Origin: Candidatus Helarchaeota archaeon
Lineage (GTDB): Archaea; Asgardarchaeota; Lokiarchaeia; Helarchaeales; RDOG01
Assembly (NCBI GenBank): GCA_019058315.1
Contig: JAHPZH010000002.1
Location: forward strand, 352,001 to 416,000
DNA: 64,000 bases
Direction of reading: 5' to 3'
Shown here piece by piece: positions 9,868-18,916 of this stretch. The position numbers and the translations under genes were made by a program. The first letter of the stretch is position 1. Each line of letters begins with the position of its first letter. A model generated the notes under the pieces. That model saw only the letters and a list, made by a program, of their open reading frames with translations, was not told where the DNA came from and ran no database searches.

Positions 9868-10968
9868 TTAATTTTTTTCAAGATTTTCAAGAAATCTAGC
9901 TGCTCTTTCTGCTTTCCAATTTGAATATTTTGAAATTTTGGAAATTATATCTTGTTTCTCATCTTTTTTAAGGGATTTTTCCTTTATATACCCTTGACGA
10001 ACGGCTCCATTAAAAATTTCTTCCCCGTTTGGTCTTCTTATTACTACTGTTGTAAATCCATCAGGTGCACCAAGTCCTCCAAAAGATAAATCAGAAAAAT
10101 GATTTGAGTAGTCTTTGCAGGCATGACATGCAGGGCGCATATAATCTTCTAATTGTTCAAATTTAATATTTATTCTTTTACCATTTATTAAGTCGATTAT
10201 CAAATTTTCTTTGATATTAATTTTCTTAATATCTTTAAGCTTGATTTTTAATTGATTTTCTAGTTTTTCCTTAAGAAATTTATCAAAAGAAAAATTTTCA
10301 GTACAAAATAGACCAAATACATAACTTATATTATTTGAGGGAACAACTCCAAGTTCTTGCATTTTTCTAATTGTAGTAATTTGGCAAGGAGTCCCAACTA
10401 CCGCCAATTTCTTAAATTCCTTTTCTTCACTTTTCTTTAAAGATGTTATTGTAGGGGTATAAGTAGAATATTTACTTGTCTCATAGATACTGTGAGAAAC
10501 ATCATACGTTGAACCTGCAGATTCAAGAATATCTTCTTTAGTGGTTGCAATTATAGCTTCTCTTGAAAATGGACCAATCTTTTTAGATAGAATTGCACCA
10601 TCTATTAATCCTTTATCTAATAAATAAATCAACAGAGATGTTACAACTCCACCATCAGTTGCAATTCTTAGTATATTTTCATCTGTAGTTTGAGCTTGGG
10701 TAATTCTTTTATAATATCCTAGAGGATAATCAAACTTATATTTAGCTTTTAATTCGTCCTTAAAAGCTATAATTTGAGGACAAATAAGATAGCAAATTCC
10801 ACATTCTAAACATTTATCTTTATTTATGTAAACTGGAGGTCCGTCAGGAGACATTTCAATAACGCCAAAATCTCCTGCAGAACAAAAACTTACGCAGCCT
10901 CCACATCGTCCACACAGTCCTTTTTCATGAACTTCTTTTATTAAATCAGCAAATGTCTTTTTTGCCAT
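9868..10968 (-). CDS. F420-binding FrhB/FdhB/FpoF-family protein with N-terminal 2x[4Fe-4S] ferredoxin
   Basis: CGRCGGCVSFC and CLECGICYLICP; 'TDGGVVTSLL', 'VGTPCQ', 'GLFCTENF', 'CHACKD'. Confidence 0.88.
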   Translation of the reverse strand: MAKKTFADLIKEVHEKGLCGRCGGCVSFCSAGDFGVIEMSPDGPPVYINKDKCLECGICYLICPQIIAFKDELKAKYKFDYPLGYYKRITQAQTTDENILRIATDGGVVTSLLIYLLDKGLIDGAILSKKIGPFSREAIIATTKEDILESAGSTYDVSHSIYETSKYSTYTPTITSLKKSEEKEFKKLAVVGTPCQITTIRKMQELGVVPSNNISYVFGLFCTENFSFDKFLKEKLENQLKIKLKDIKKINIKENLIIDLINGKRINIKFEQLEDYMRPACHACKDYSNHFSDLSFGGLGAPDGFTTVVIRRPNGEEIFNGAVRQGYIKEKSLKKDEKQDIISKISKYSNWKAERAARFLENLEKN

Positions 10969-11059
10969 TTAAAATACTTCCTTTTTAGCTTTGGTTTAAA
11001 TTAATGCTAAAATACAATCAAGAAAAAATAATACAAAAATTATGGATGAAATCCTAATT

Positions 11060-11872
11060 TTAAGAATCCACCTTTTTTTCACGTTCCATTTTCTTTTTAA
11101 CTTTTTTTGCGTGACTTTTACCACCATAAGCATCAAATAGACCAGGGGTAGGGTCTATTTCTGCTCCATAAAAGGGTATAGGGTATCTTATTCCCTTTTT
11201 ATAAAGTTCCTCTAGACCATTTACAGCTTTTTCATACATATCAGCAGGAATCGCTATAGCCAATTCATCATCTTGAAGGCCACCATACCGTCTTTCTCCA
11301 TAACATGGAATTGATATTTGTGGTTTCTTATTTATAAAACATCTAGCTATAACATCAGCACAACTCGATTCTCCAACACAAAACATTTCCATAACTTTGT
11401 AATCCTCATATTGTAAAGCGTTAATTAATACAATCATTTGAGCTGGATTTGCATATATTAGAATAATATCCGGATCAAATGGATTATATACTAAAGGAGC
11501 CATAATAAGAGCATTATATTTACCGAAAGGTAAAGTTGGGAAGGTTTCTTCAAATTTCTTTGATTCTTCAATTGTCTTAAACCACTTGATTGCCCGATAT
11601 GTTCCAGTCTTAACCATTTGCGGCTTTTCAATAAAACCAAGCATATAAGCACATATTGGAGTAGCTAAATTTTCCTCTGTAATCCCCACAGTCCAATCAT
11701 GTGTGCGAACTTTAGTAATAAATTGACAAAGAGTCTGTTTAGTCTTTGAAATACGTACCCAAGGATTTTTAGTTAAACCCTCTTTATTTTCTAGAAGTTT
11801 AAAAGCTACAGGAAAATCTTTTAAGCGTAATAATCGTTCAATTCTTTTCGTTAATTTTGTCCAATTTGGCAT
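11060..11872 (-). CDS. DUF169 family protein
   Basis: 'LRLKDFPVAFK', 'LCQF', 'PDIILIYANPAQM', 'ESSCAD', 'PCYGER...DDEL'. Confidence 0.8.
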   Translation of the reverse strand: MPNWTKLTKRIERLLRLKDFPVAFKLLENKEGLTKNPWVRISKTKQTLCQFITKVRTHDWTVGITEENLATPICAYMLGFIEKPQMVKTGTYRAIKWFKTIEESKKFEETFPTLPFGKYNALIMAPLVYNPFDPDIILIYANPAQMIVLINALQYEDYKVMEMFCVGESSCADVIARCFINKKPQISIPCYGERRYGGLQDDELAIAIPADMYEKAVNGLEELYKKGIRYPIPFYGAEIDPTPGLFDAYGGKSHAKKVKKKMEREKKVDS

Positions 11873-11881
11873 AATATTTCC

Positions 11882-12511
11882 TCATTTTCTAAATTTCTTT
11901 ACTTCAAAATTACTTGCATGTAATTCTTTAACAAGATCATTTTCATTTTTTATTTCATTTTGGAATTCGGTCACAACTTTTCCAATTTCATATAATTCGT
12001 GGGCATCAGATCCTCCAATTCCTATCAGTTGCAGTTTTTTATTAACTTTAAATGCAAATTTATTGGCTTGATCTGAAACACGTCCATTATTTATTTCAAT
12101 TCCATCCATAAATTTGAATATAGGTCTATTTGCACCATCTTCAATAGATAGTTTTAAAGCTCCAATTCCAACAACTAAAAATTCTCTAAATGGATGTGCT
12201 GCTGCAACAAAAACCCCATCATTTCCCACAAATTCCCTTAATTCTTGAACAGAAATTATGTCATCCGTATTATTATTAGAGCCATATACCAAAACATCGC
12301 CTTGTAAAGTTGTAAACTCATTTCCCTGTAAAATTAATAAATCATGTTTTTTTTGCAGTTCACTTATTTCCTCTTTGGATCTTATTTTATTATGTTCGGT
12401 GAAGACTATACCATCTAATCCAATTTTTTTAGCTTCATTGATGGCTTGTTCTGGGCTTATATTTGAACAAGGGGAAATGGGTTTTGTATGAATATGCAGA
12501 TCAATAATCAA
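11882..12511 (-). CDS. PHP-domain metallo-phosphoesterase
   Basis: 'IDLHIHT', 'FTEHN', 'AHPFR', 'GGSDAH'. Start moved to the TTG at 12511, overlapping the upstream stop, instead of 12559. Confidence 0.85.
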   Translation of the reverse strand: MIIDLHIHTKPISPCSNISPEQAINEAKKIGLDGIVFTEHNKIRSKEEISELQKKHDLLILQGNEFTTLQGDVLVYGSNNNTDDIISVQELREFVGNDGVFVAAAHPFREFLVVGIGALKLSIEDGANRPIFKFMDGIEINNGRVSDQANKFAFKVNKKLQLIGIGGSDAHELYEIGKVVTEFQNEIKNENDLVKELHASNFEVKKFRK

Positions 12512-12965
12512 ATTCGTTAAATTCCTTACAAAAGTTCTTAATTTGTGGATATTTTTCAACCAAACCCTTTAAAAATTCTTCCTGGGAGAGGTTTGGATTT
12601 TTCTCAATGGCTTCTCGCCAATTTAATGTAATTAGAGCTGGTATTAATGAGTCACAACATTCATTAATTATGTTAGCATAATGGCGACAGCCGGGTCTAC
12701 CTATCATTCTTCTTATTTTGCTTGAAAATCCTGGTTCAATTTTTAATCCCAATGCTAAATCTAATTTTTCAGTGGCTTTGGGACATAAAGGGGTTGTATA
12801 TCTTTTCATTTTACCCTCTATGGAAGTAATCTCAAATTCTGGTAATTTAACATGCATTTCAACTTCATGTGCATAAAGATTATCCTCTAGAACACCACTG
12901 ATGAGATATTCCTCATCGTTGATTTTTTCATAGCCCACAAATTTATTACGACAAAAATTTAACAT
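12501..12965 (-). CDS. DUF2889-like Cys-containing protein
   Basis: 'LEDNLYAHEV', 'PLCPKA..L...GLKIEPGF', 'GCRHY..IINECC'; paralog of the next gene. Confidence 0.7.
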   Translation of the reverse strand: MLNFCRNKFVGYEKINDEEYLISGVLEDNLYAHEVEMHVKLPEFEITSIEGKMKRYTTPLCPKATEKLDLALGLKIEPGFSSKIRRMIGRPGCRHYANIINECCDSLIPALITLNWREAIEKNPNLSQEEFLKGLVEKYPQIKNFCKEFNEFDY

Positions 12966-12978
12966 ATGACTATCTCCG

Positions 12979-13476
12979 TTATTTTTTTTCTTCCATGAAT
13001 GCTATACAAGTATTTTTTAAATTTGGCATCATTCTTATCAGCTTTTTTGTAGTTACGTCTTTCATTTTCTTTATTTGTGGAACAGCGTTGTATAATGGAC
13101 CAACAGTAAGCCCTAAAATAGCCGCTTCACAACATTCGACTGCTAAACTTGCTAAATAATCACAACCTTTAGTCTTTCCAAGGACACTATAGGCAATTTT
13201 AATGATTCCAGGTCCAATTCGTAATCCCACTAATTTTTCAAGTTTAGAAAGAGCCCCTTGACATCCCTCGAAATAAGTTCTCTTTATATTGCCTTTTATA
13301 GATAAAATTTCCATTTGCGGAACTTTAACCTCTAATTCCAATTCTCCATCAAAAAAATAATCTTCAAGAGTAGCACGAATTTTAAGATTCTTTCCATCTT
13401 GTTCAATGACATCGACATATTTATGCTTGCTATAGAATAAAACCAACTTTAAATCTCCAGCTCTTACTATAAACAT
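12979..13476 (-). CDS. DUF2889-like Cys-containing protein
   Basis: 'LEDYFFD', 'GCQGA..LVGLRIGPG', 'GCDYLASLAVECC', 'LKNTCIAF'. Confidence 0.7.
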   Translation of the reverse strand: MFIVRAGDLKLVLFYSKHKYVDVIEQDGKNLKIRATLEDYFFDGELELEVKVPQMEILSIKGNIKRTYFEGCQGALSKLEKLVGLRIGPGIIKIAYSVLGKTKGCDYLASLAVECCEAAILGLTVGPLYNAVPQIKKMKDVTTKKLIRMMPNLKNTCIAFMEEKK

Positions 13477-13616
13477 AAAATTATTTCAAAATATAAATTA
13501 GACTTGTGAAATAATTTCAATTTGCAACTATTTAGTTATTCAAAAAATATCTGAAAAATAGGAATTGTAAGTGTGTTCTTAAGCTTAAAATTCAAAAATA
13601 AGAAAAAAAAAGAAAA

Positions 13617-14828
13617 TTATATTATAAGTTCATTAACTAATTCTACAATGTCCTTAAATACTAATTTTGATCCGCTTTCTTTAATTGCATCCATTAGATT
13701 ACGTTGACAGAATGGACATGATGAAACTAAAATTTCCGCACCAGTGTCTTCAGCTTCTTTTATTCGGTCGATTGCAGTTTCTAAAGCCATATCTTTAAAT
13801 GCAGCCTTCACACCACCACCAGCACCGCAGCACCAAGCATTTTCCTGATTTCTTACCATTTCAACAAGCTTCAGTCCAGGAATGGCTTTTAAAATCCTTC
13901 TAGGCTGTTTATAAAGACCTCTACGCCTCGGCCTTGAATCGGACATTATACCTCTACCGATATGACAAGGGTCGTGGTAAGTAACCGTCTTATTTAATTC
14001 CTTAAGTTTTATCTTTCCATCTTTAATCAGTCTGTCTAGAAACTGTGTTATATGTATCAATTCAATATCTAATTTCTCTCCCAATAACTCAGGATAGTCA
14101 ACTAAAATAGTTCGATAACAACCTGCACAAGAAAAAATAAGCTTTTTTATACCTGCTTTTTTTATAGCTTCCATATTCTTTTTTGCTAATTCCATTGCTT
14201 GCTTTTGCATACCAGTTCGTAATAACGGACTTCCACAACAAATTTCTTCAGAACCAAGGATACGAAAGGGAGTATTTGTTTTATTTAAAATTTCTACAGT
14301 ATCTTTTGCAAGCTCTTTTTCTCTATAAGCCGATGTACATCCCACAAAATATGCAAGTTCTGCATTTGGGTCAATTTTTACATCTTTTGATAGCCAATCA
14401 AATCGTTGTCCATGTGGGTCTCCATAAGGGTTATTATTTTCAGCAGTACTCTTTGCAAAACCTAGATGTTGGGGCATAGGTCCCCATTCCATTTCTGCTA
14501 GCTTAGTCCTTAATGCTTCAATTATAGCAACATTATCCATACCTTTGAATTCTTTACAAGTAAGTGCACATGCACCGCAAGTGGTGCAAGCCCAAACAAG
14601 CTCTTTTAATGCTTCTGATGGTTCTTTTATTTCACCCTCGATGATAGCTCTCGCAATTTCCATACGTCCAACTGCATAATATGAGATAAAACCAAATTTT
14701 TTACCGCTTGGGCAACATTCTAGCCATTCATCTAGTGTCCAGTAATTAAATTGGTTACAGCCCATACAATGACCGCATGTTATAACATCATCTCTATATT
14801 CATCTAATTTTTTAACTTTTATTGTCAT
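13617..14828 (-). CDS. HdrD/GlpC-like Fe-S oxidoreductase with two CCG domains
   Basis: CGHCMGC...CP and CTTCGACALTC; 'FVGC', 'CCGSP', 'CAGC', 'YHDPCH', 'CCGAGGG', 'SCPFC'. Confidence 0.9.
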   Translation of the reverse strand: MTIKVKKLDEYRDDVITCGHCMGCNQFNYWTLDEWLECCPSGKKFGFISYYAVGRMEIARAIIEGEIKEPSEALKELVWACTTCGACALTCKEFKGMDNVAIIEALRTKLAEMEWGPMPQHLGFAKSTAENNNPYGDPHGQRFDWLSKDVKIDPNAELAYFVGCTSAYREKELAKDTVEILNKTNTPFRILGSEEICCGSPLLRTGMQKQAMELAKKNMEAIKKAGIKKLIFSCAGCYRTILVDYPELLGEKLDIELIHITQFLDRLIKDGKIKLKELNKTVTYHDPCHIGRGIMSDSRPRRRGLYKQPRRILKAIPGLKLVEMVRNQENAWCCGAGGGVKAAFKDMALETAIDRIKEAEDTGAEILVSSCPFCQRNLMDAIKESGSKLVFKDIVELVNELII

Positions 14829-14829
14829 T

Positions 14830-16290
14830 TTACCAAGTCAACTCCTTTTCCTCTGGAAATACTTTTCCTGGGTTCATTATTTCATTTGGATCAATTAACT
14901 TCATGATCTTGTGCCAAATTTCACCGTAAGTTCCTAATTCGTTGATTATCAATTTCATAGGATTTAAGAACGGTCTGAACCAGCCATAGATATGATATTC
15001 CTTAGTAATTAATTTTTTCAAAACGGCGTAATGGAAATTCTTGACCATTTCAACAGATTTCGGGTCTGCGCTAGTATAAGGGACTTCTGCCTCATAGTAG
15101 CAAGCTTGACCCCAAAAACCCGCAATAGGGGCATTTAATAAATCGACATTTTTTGCTTCGTATCCTGCTTTCACTCCAAGTTCTTTCATCATAGGTACAT
15201 ATTTGGGATATTGATATAAAGGACCTAAGAAAGCTAAAGCATGATAAGAACCCTCTCTTAAGAACCCAAAGATGTTACGAGGATATTTAAATTCCCTTGC
15301 TTGTTCTTCTGGAAGGGGAATGGCATTTGCCTTGTTTAAAGGCGATGATGTTTTATTTATAATCTCAAGTGCTAATTCTTTTTTGGCATCAACGATTTTT
15401 TGATGCCCTTCAATTACAATTGGAATTGTCCATTCTGGAAATGATCCACGCATCGACTCTAGGTCTTTTCTTGATCTTGCAAACAATTTAATTATGGTAT
15501 ATTGTGGTAAAATCCACAAAAGTGCTGGTATTTTATTCCACATGAGTTGTGGGACGGGTTTGATAGCTTCTTCGATTGAATTAAAACCAATACCTATAAA
15601 GGCTTCTGCTTCAGGGAGTGGGTAGAGTTTAACAGTCATTTCAGTGCATATTGCCATACTACCAGGCATACTTTGAAAGAGTCCTACAAAATCTGGGCTA
15701 CATGTGAATCTAAAGTGAGGTGGTGCATTAGGAAAAGCTACGGCACCTGTCTTCAAAATTCTGCCATCTGGAAGGACGAACTCAGCAGAACAGACGTGAT
15801 CAATACCATCTCCAGCATTTGTATGATAGACACCTCTTAATAAGTAGTTTGCAAGCAATGAGCCTGTTGCAGGAGCACCGGGAATACATGGACGCATACC
15901 ATATTTCCGAACTGCGATAGCCACTTGTCCATGAGTCACTCCTGGCTGAATGGTGGCTGTCATCATATCATGATTTATTTCAAGAATCTTGTTCATTCTT
16001 CTCATATCAAGCAAAATACTTCCATCTTTAGCTGGTGTACATAATCCTCTTACGTTTACACCGCGACTTAAAGGAACTACAGGAATCTTATTTTGATTAG
16101 CGAATTTTACTATTTCTTGAATTTCTTCTGTTGAAATTGGACGTACTATGACCGCAGGACGCTTTGGTACTACAAAAGGCCAATGCTGATCTCTGCTATA
16201 AGGTATTAACACTGCTTCTTCGTCTGAAACATGTTGATCTCCGACAATTTTTACTAAATTATCAACTAAACTTGCCAAATTTATACACAA
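14830..16290 (-). CDS. FAD-binding oxidoreductase (GlcD/D-lactate dehydrogenase, VAO family)
   Basis: 'PAVIVRPISTEEIQEIVKFA', 'LLDMRRMNKILE', 'QPGVT', C-terminal 'DPNEIMNPGK'; 1 nt from the CCG gene. True start may be the TTG at 16278. Confidence 0.88.
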   Translation of the reverse strand: MCINLASLVDNLVKIVGDQHVSDEEAVLIPYSRDQHWPFVVPKRPAVIVRPISTEEIQEIVKFANQNKIPVVPLSRGVNVRGLCTPAKDGSILLDMRRMNKILEINHDMMTATIQPGVTHGQVAIAVRKYGMRPCIPGAPATGSLLANYLLRGVYHTNAGDGIDHVCSAEFVLPDGRILKTGAVAFPNAPPHFRFTCSPDFVGLFQSMPGSMAICTEMTVKLYPLPEAEAFIGIGFNSIEEAIKPVPQLMWNKIPALLWILPQYTIIKLFARSRKDLESMRGSFPEWTIPIVIEGHQKIVDAKKELALEIINKTSSPLNKANAIPLPEEQAREFKYPRNIFGFLREGSYHALAFLGPLYQYPKYVPMMKELGVKAGYEAKNVDLLNAPIAGFWGQACYYEAEVPYTSADPKSVEMVKNFHYAVLKKLITKEYHIYGWFRPFLNPMKLIINELGTYGEIWHKIMKLIDPNEIMNPGKVFPEEKELTW

Positions 16291-16383
16291 TCCATTTTTT
16301 TATTGTATTTTTCTTTTATTTCTGAAAAAAACAGATTTTGATTATTGTTAAGTTATCCTTAGAAAATATAGATAAAAATTAAA

Positions 16384-16400
16384 ATGTCGAAATTCGATAT
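16384..16400. promoter_or_regulatory. Palindromic operator candidate ATGTC-GAAATTC-GATAT between the redox cluster and padR
   Basis: Near-perfect inverted repeat (ATGTCGAA-A-TTCGATAT) 22 nt upstream of the padR ORF; same spacing as the sites at 21291 and 24263. Confidence 0.6.
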
Positions 16401-16422
16401 TAATAATATAAGATACTAATGA

Positions 16423-17256
16423 GTGTTAATTATGTTTAAAAAAAAGCACAAAAGAGCACCAGTCAATAATTTTCAACTACAAATCCTAAGATTATTAAGA
16501 TATAGACCCATGTATGGGTATGAAATTTTAAATATATTCGAACAAAAAGGGTGGAGACCAAGTACAGGGACGTTATACCCTGCCTTAAAACAATTGGAAA
16601 AAAAAGAATTTATAGAATCATATAAAACTGAAGATCAAATACGTGGAGCCAACCCACGCACTAATTATAAATTAACAAAAAAAGGATTCGATTATGTCCA
16701 GACTACTTTTAATATTGATATAAGGCATCCTGAGCTCTATATTGAACCATTTATAGAATTACAGAATATGTATCTCAATGAAATATTTCGAGCCAAAGCT
16801 CTAGTGCTTGATTTTTTAAATTTCATTAATCCAGAAAATGTATTTAAAACCATGGCGGCTGGAAAAGTTCCTTCAAATATTGAATTTAAGAAAGTATACG
16901 ATTTTAACCTTGAGAATCCAAAATCTAAACTTTATGATTATATCGTATTATTTCTACCATTTTCATTTACTTTTCAAGATTTTTATAGTAATCCTGCTCG
17001 AAACCACCTAAAAGTTTTAAAAGATGTTAAATTAGCATTGAAACCAGATGGAGGCATTTTAATTATAGATATTGAATGGACTAAACATGCTCTTGTAGAT
17101 GTTTTAAGTTTTATGGCTACGGGTGAAGTAATGGAAATGGCTTACACAGAAGAACAAATAAAAACACTTTTAACAAATTCTGGATATGTTAACATTAATA
17201 TATTGAAGAAACAACGAGGAATAATAATAATATTGGCTGATAATAAATCTAATTAA
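16423..17256 (+). CDS. PadR-family transcriptional regulator with C-terminal degenerate methyltransferase-like domain
   Basis: 'ILRLL..PMYGYEIL', 'PSTGTLYPALKQLEKKEFI', 'YKLTKKG'; C-terminus 'LKVLKDVKLALKPDGGILIIDIE', 'YTEEQIKTLLTNSGY' without a GxGxG motif. Confidence 0.85.
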   Translation: MLIMFKKKHKRAPVNNFQLQILRLLRYRPMYGYEILNIFEQKGWRPSTGTLYPALKQLEKKEFIESYKTEDQIRGANPRTNYKLTKKGFDYVQTTFNIDIRHPELYIEPFIELQNMYLNEIFRAKALVLDFLNFINPENVFKTMAAGKVPSNIEFKKVYDFNLENPKSKLYDYIVLFLPFSFTFQDFYSNPARNHLKVLKDVKLALKPDGGILIIDIEWTKHALVDVLSFMATGEVMEMAYTEEQIKTLLTNSGYVNINILKKQRGIIIILADNKSN

Positions 17257-17294
17257 AAGATATTTTGAATTTCATTTACCGAGAAGATTGAAAT

Positions 17295-18677
17295 ATGTTT
17301 CAAAAAAAACAAACCATATTAAAAAAGATTCTAAAAAAAATTGGAAAGTTTTTTAAGTGGTTTGGTGTTTTTCTCATTCTTCTTTTTTCCATGTTATTGG
17401 GTATGATAATTTATTGGGTCATAAGACCAAATACTTCTGAAGTAAATTATACTCTCAGCACGGAATATTGGGTAGCAATGGGGTTGAAAATAGAAGGCCA
17501 TTCACATAACTCCAATACTGATATGATATATTGGAATGGTTCATTTTACCTAGTTCACCAAAATTCTCCTTATCATCTTACAAGTAAGCAAAGTAAATTG
17601 ATAATTTGGCGTTCTTCTGATGCGATAAGCTGGGATTTAGTTAAAATCATTTATTATCAAGAAGATATTAGAGATCCAAAGTTCGCTGTTATCGGTTCAA
17701 GACTCTATATGTATGCTCTCGTTAATTTCGGAGAGTTTATCGCGTCACCTGAAACCACTGTTTATACATATACTGAAGATGGGCAATCGTGGAAAGATTT
17801 CAAATTTATTGAGCCATACGGATGGTTATTCTGGAGGCCTAAAACCAGAGATAATAACACCTGGTACGTCCCAGCTTATTGGCGGGGACATGGAGCTTCA
17901 ATTTTATTGAATTCTACCGATGGTATGCATTGGGACTTTGTCTCACCAATATATTATGGTGAAAGAAATGATGAGACTGATATAGAATTTTTTCCAGATG
18001 GTAGAATGCTCTCAACTGGACGTTTAGAAGGTGAATCAGAATTTTTGTTTGGAGACAATAGAGGATCAACTGTCATTGCCGTTTCAAAACATCCTTATAA
18101 AAGTTGGACTTACATAAAATCCCAACTTACACGTTTAGATGGTCCTTGCCTCTTCGAATATGCAGGTAAAATTTTTGCGGTTGGGAGATATGAGACTCAA
18201 AATGATCCAGTATTTCATCAACAAGGAAGCTTTTTTAATCGAAAAAGAACGTCGTTATTCCTTGTTTCAGAAATTGGACTCGTTCACTTAGCAGATTTAC
18301 CTAGTGCAGGTGATACTTCATATGCAGGAGTTGTTATAAGGGGTGATCAAGCCTATATTTCCTATTATAGTAGCCCTATAAACCAAGATTGGCCATGGAT
18401 TCTAGGAGTAATCAGTGAAAGCGCAATTCGAATGGCAAAGATTGATCTCGATCGTTTAACATCTCTTGCGGAAATGAAACTATTGCAAGGAGTCAATAAT
18501 GATAAGAATATCGAACTTCCTTGGCAAGAATACATTGTCTTTTCCTTTATTATAATCATACAAAATTCAATTATCTATCTTCTAAAGAGATACAATCCTC
18601 TCTCTAAAAGAAAAAAGAAAATTAAACAAAAAATTACTCATATTCAAGTAATATTACTAATGGAATATATTAAATAA
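17295..18677 (+). CDS. Membrane-anchored sialidase/BNR-like beta-propeller protein
   Basis: TM near each end; Asp-box-like 'SSDAISW', 'TEDGQSW', 'STDGMHW'; 'DIRDPK', 'GDTSYAG'. Confidence 0.65.
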   Translation: MFQKKQTILKKILKKIGKFFKWFGVFLILLFSMLLGMIIYWVIRPNTSEVNYTLSTEYWVAMGLKIEGHSHNSNTDMIYWNGSFYLVHQNSPYHLTSKQSKLIIWRSSDAISWDLVKIIYYQEDIRDPKFAVIGSRLYMYALVNFGEFIASPETTVYTYTEDGQSWKDFKFIEPYGWLFWRPKTRDNNTWYVPAYWRGHGASILLNSTDGMHWDFVSPIYYGERNDETDIEFFPDGRMLSTGRLEGESEFLFGDNRGSTVIAVSKHPYKSWTYIKSQLTRLDGPCLFEYAGKIFAVGRYETQNDPVFHQQGSFFNRKRTSLFLVSEIGLVHLADLPSAGDTSYAGVVIRGDQAYISYYSSPINQDWPWILGVISESAIRMAKIDLDRLTSLAEMKLLQGVNNDKNIELPWQEYIVFSFIIIIQNSIIYLLKRYNPLSKRKKKIKQKITHIQVILLMEYIK

Positions 18678-18693
18678 AAGAAGTCGAGACTGA

Positions 18694-18804
18694 TTATTCA
18701 AGCGAAAAAGTCACCAACTTATTTTGAGTTAAATCTAAAGAACCTCTTTTCTCAACATACCCAATTCCAGTTTTAAATAGGACTATTTTGCGTATAATTA
18801 ACAT
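18694..18804 (-). pseudogene. 36-codon N-terminal remnant of a DUF4139-family gene
   Basis: MLIIRKIVLFKTGIGYVEKRGSLDLTQNKLVTFSLE* matches the N-termini at 37021/39038/45265/47288 (e.g. MLPINKVVLFKTGIGYFERKDKIDL); similarity stops at the TAA. Confidence 0.8.
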
Positions 18805-18916
18805 TCGAATCAATCTTCTTCTTAAAAAATTTATAAAATAAATCATTTTTCTATTGTTTTTCAGATGAATAAAATATATAATATACCAATAATAATAATA
18901 ATCTAGGGCGAAAATT

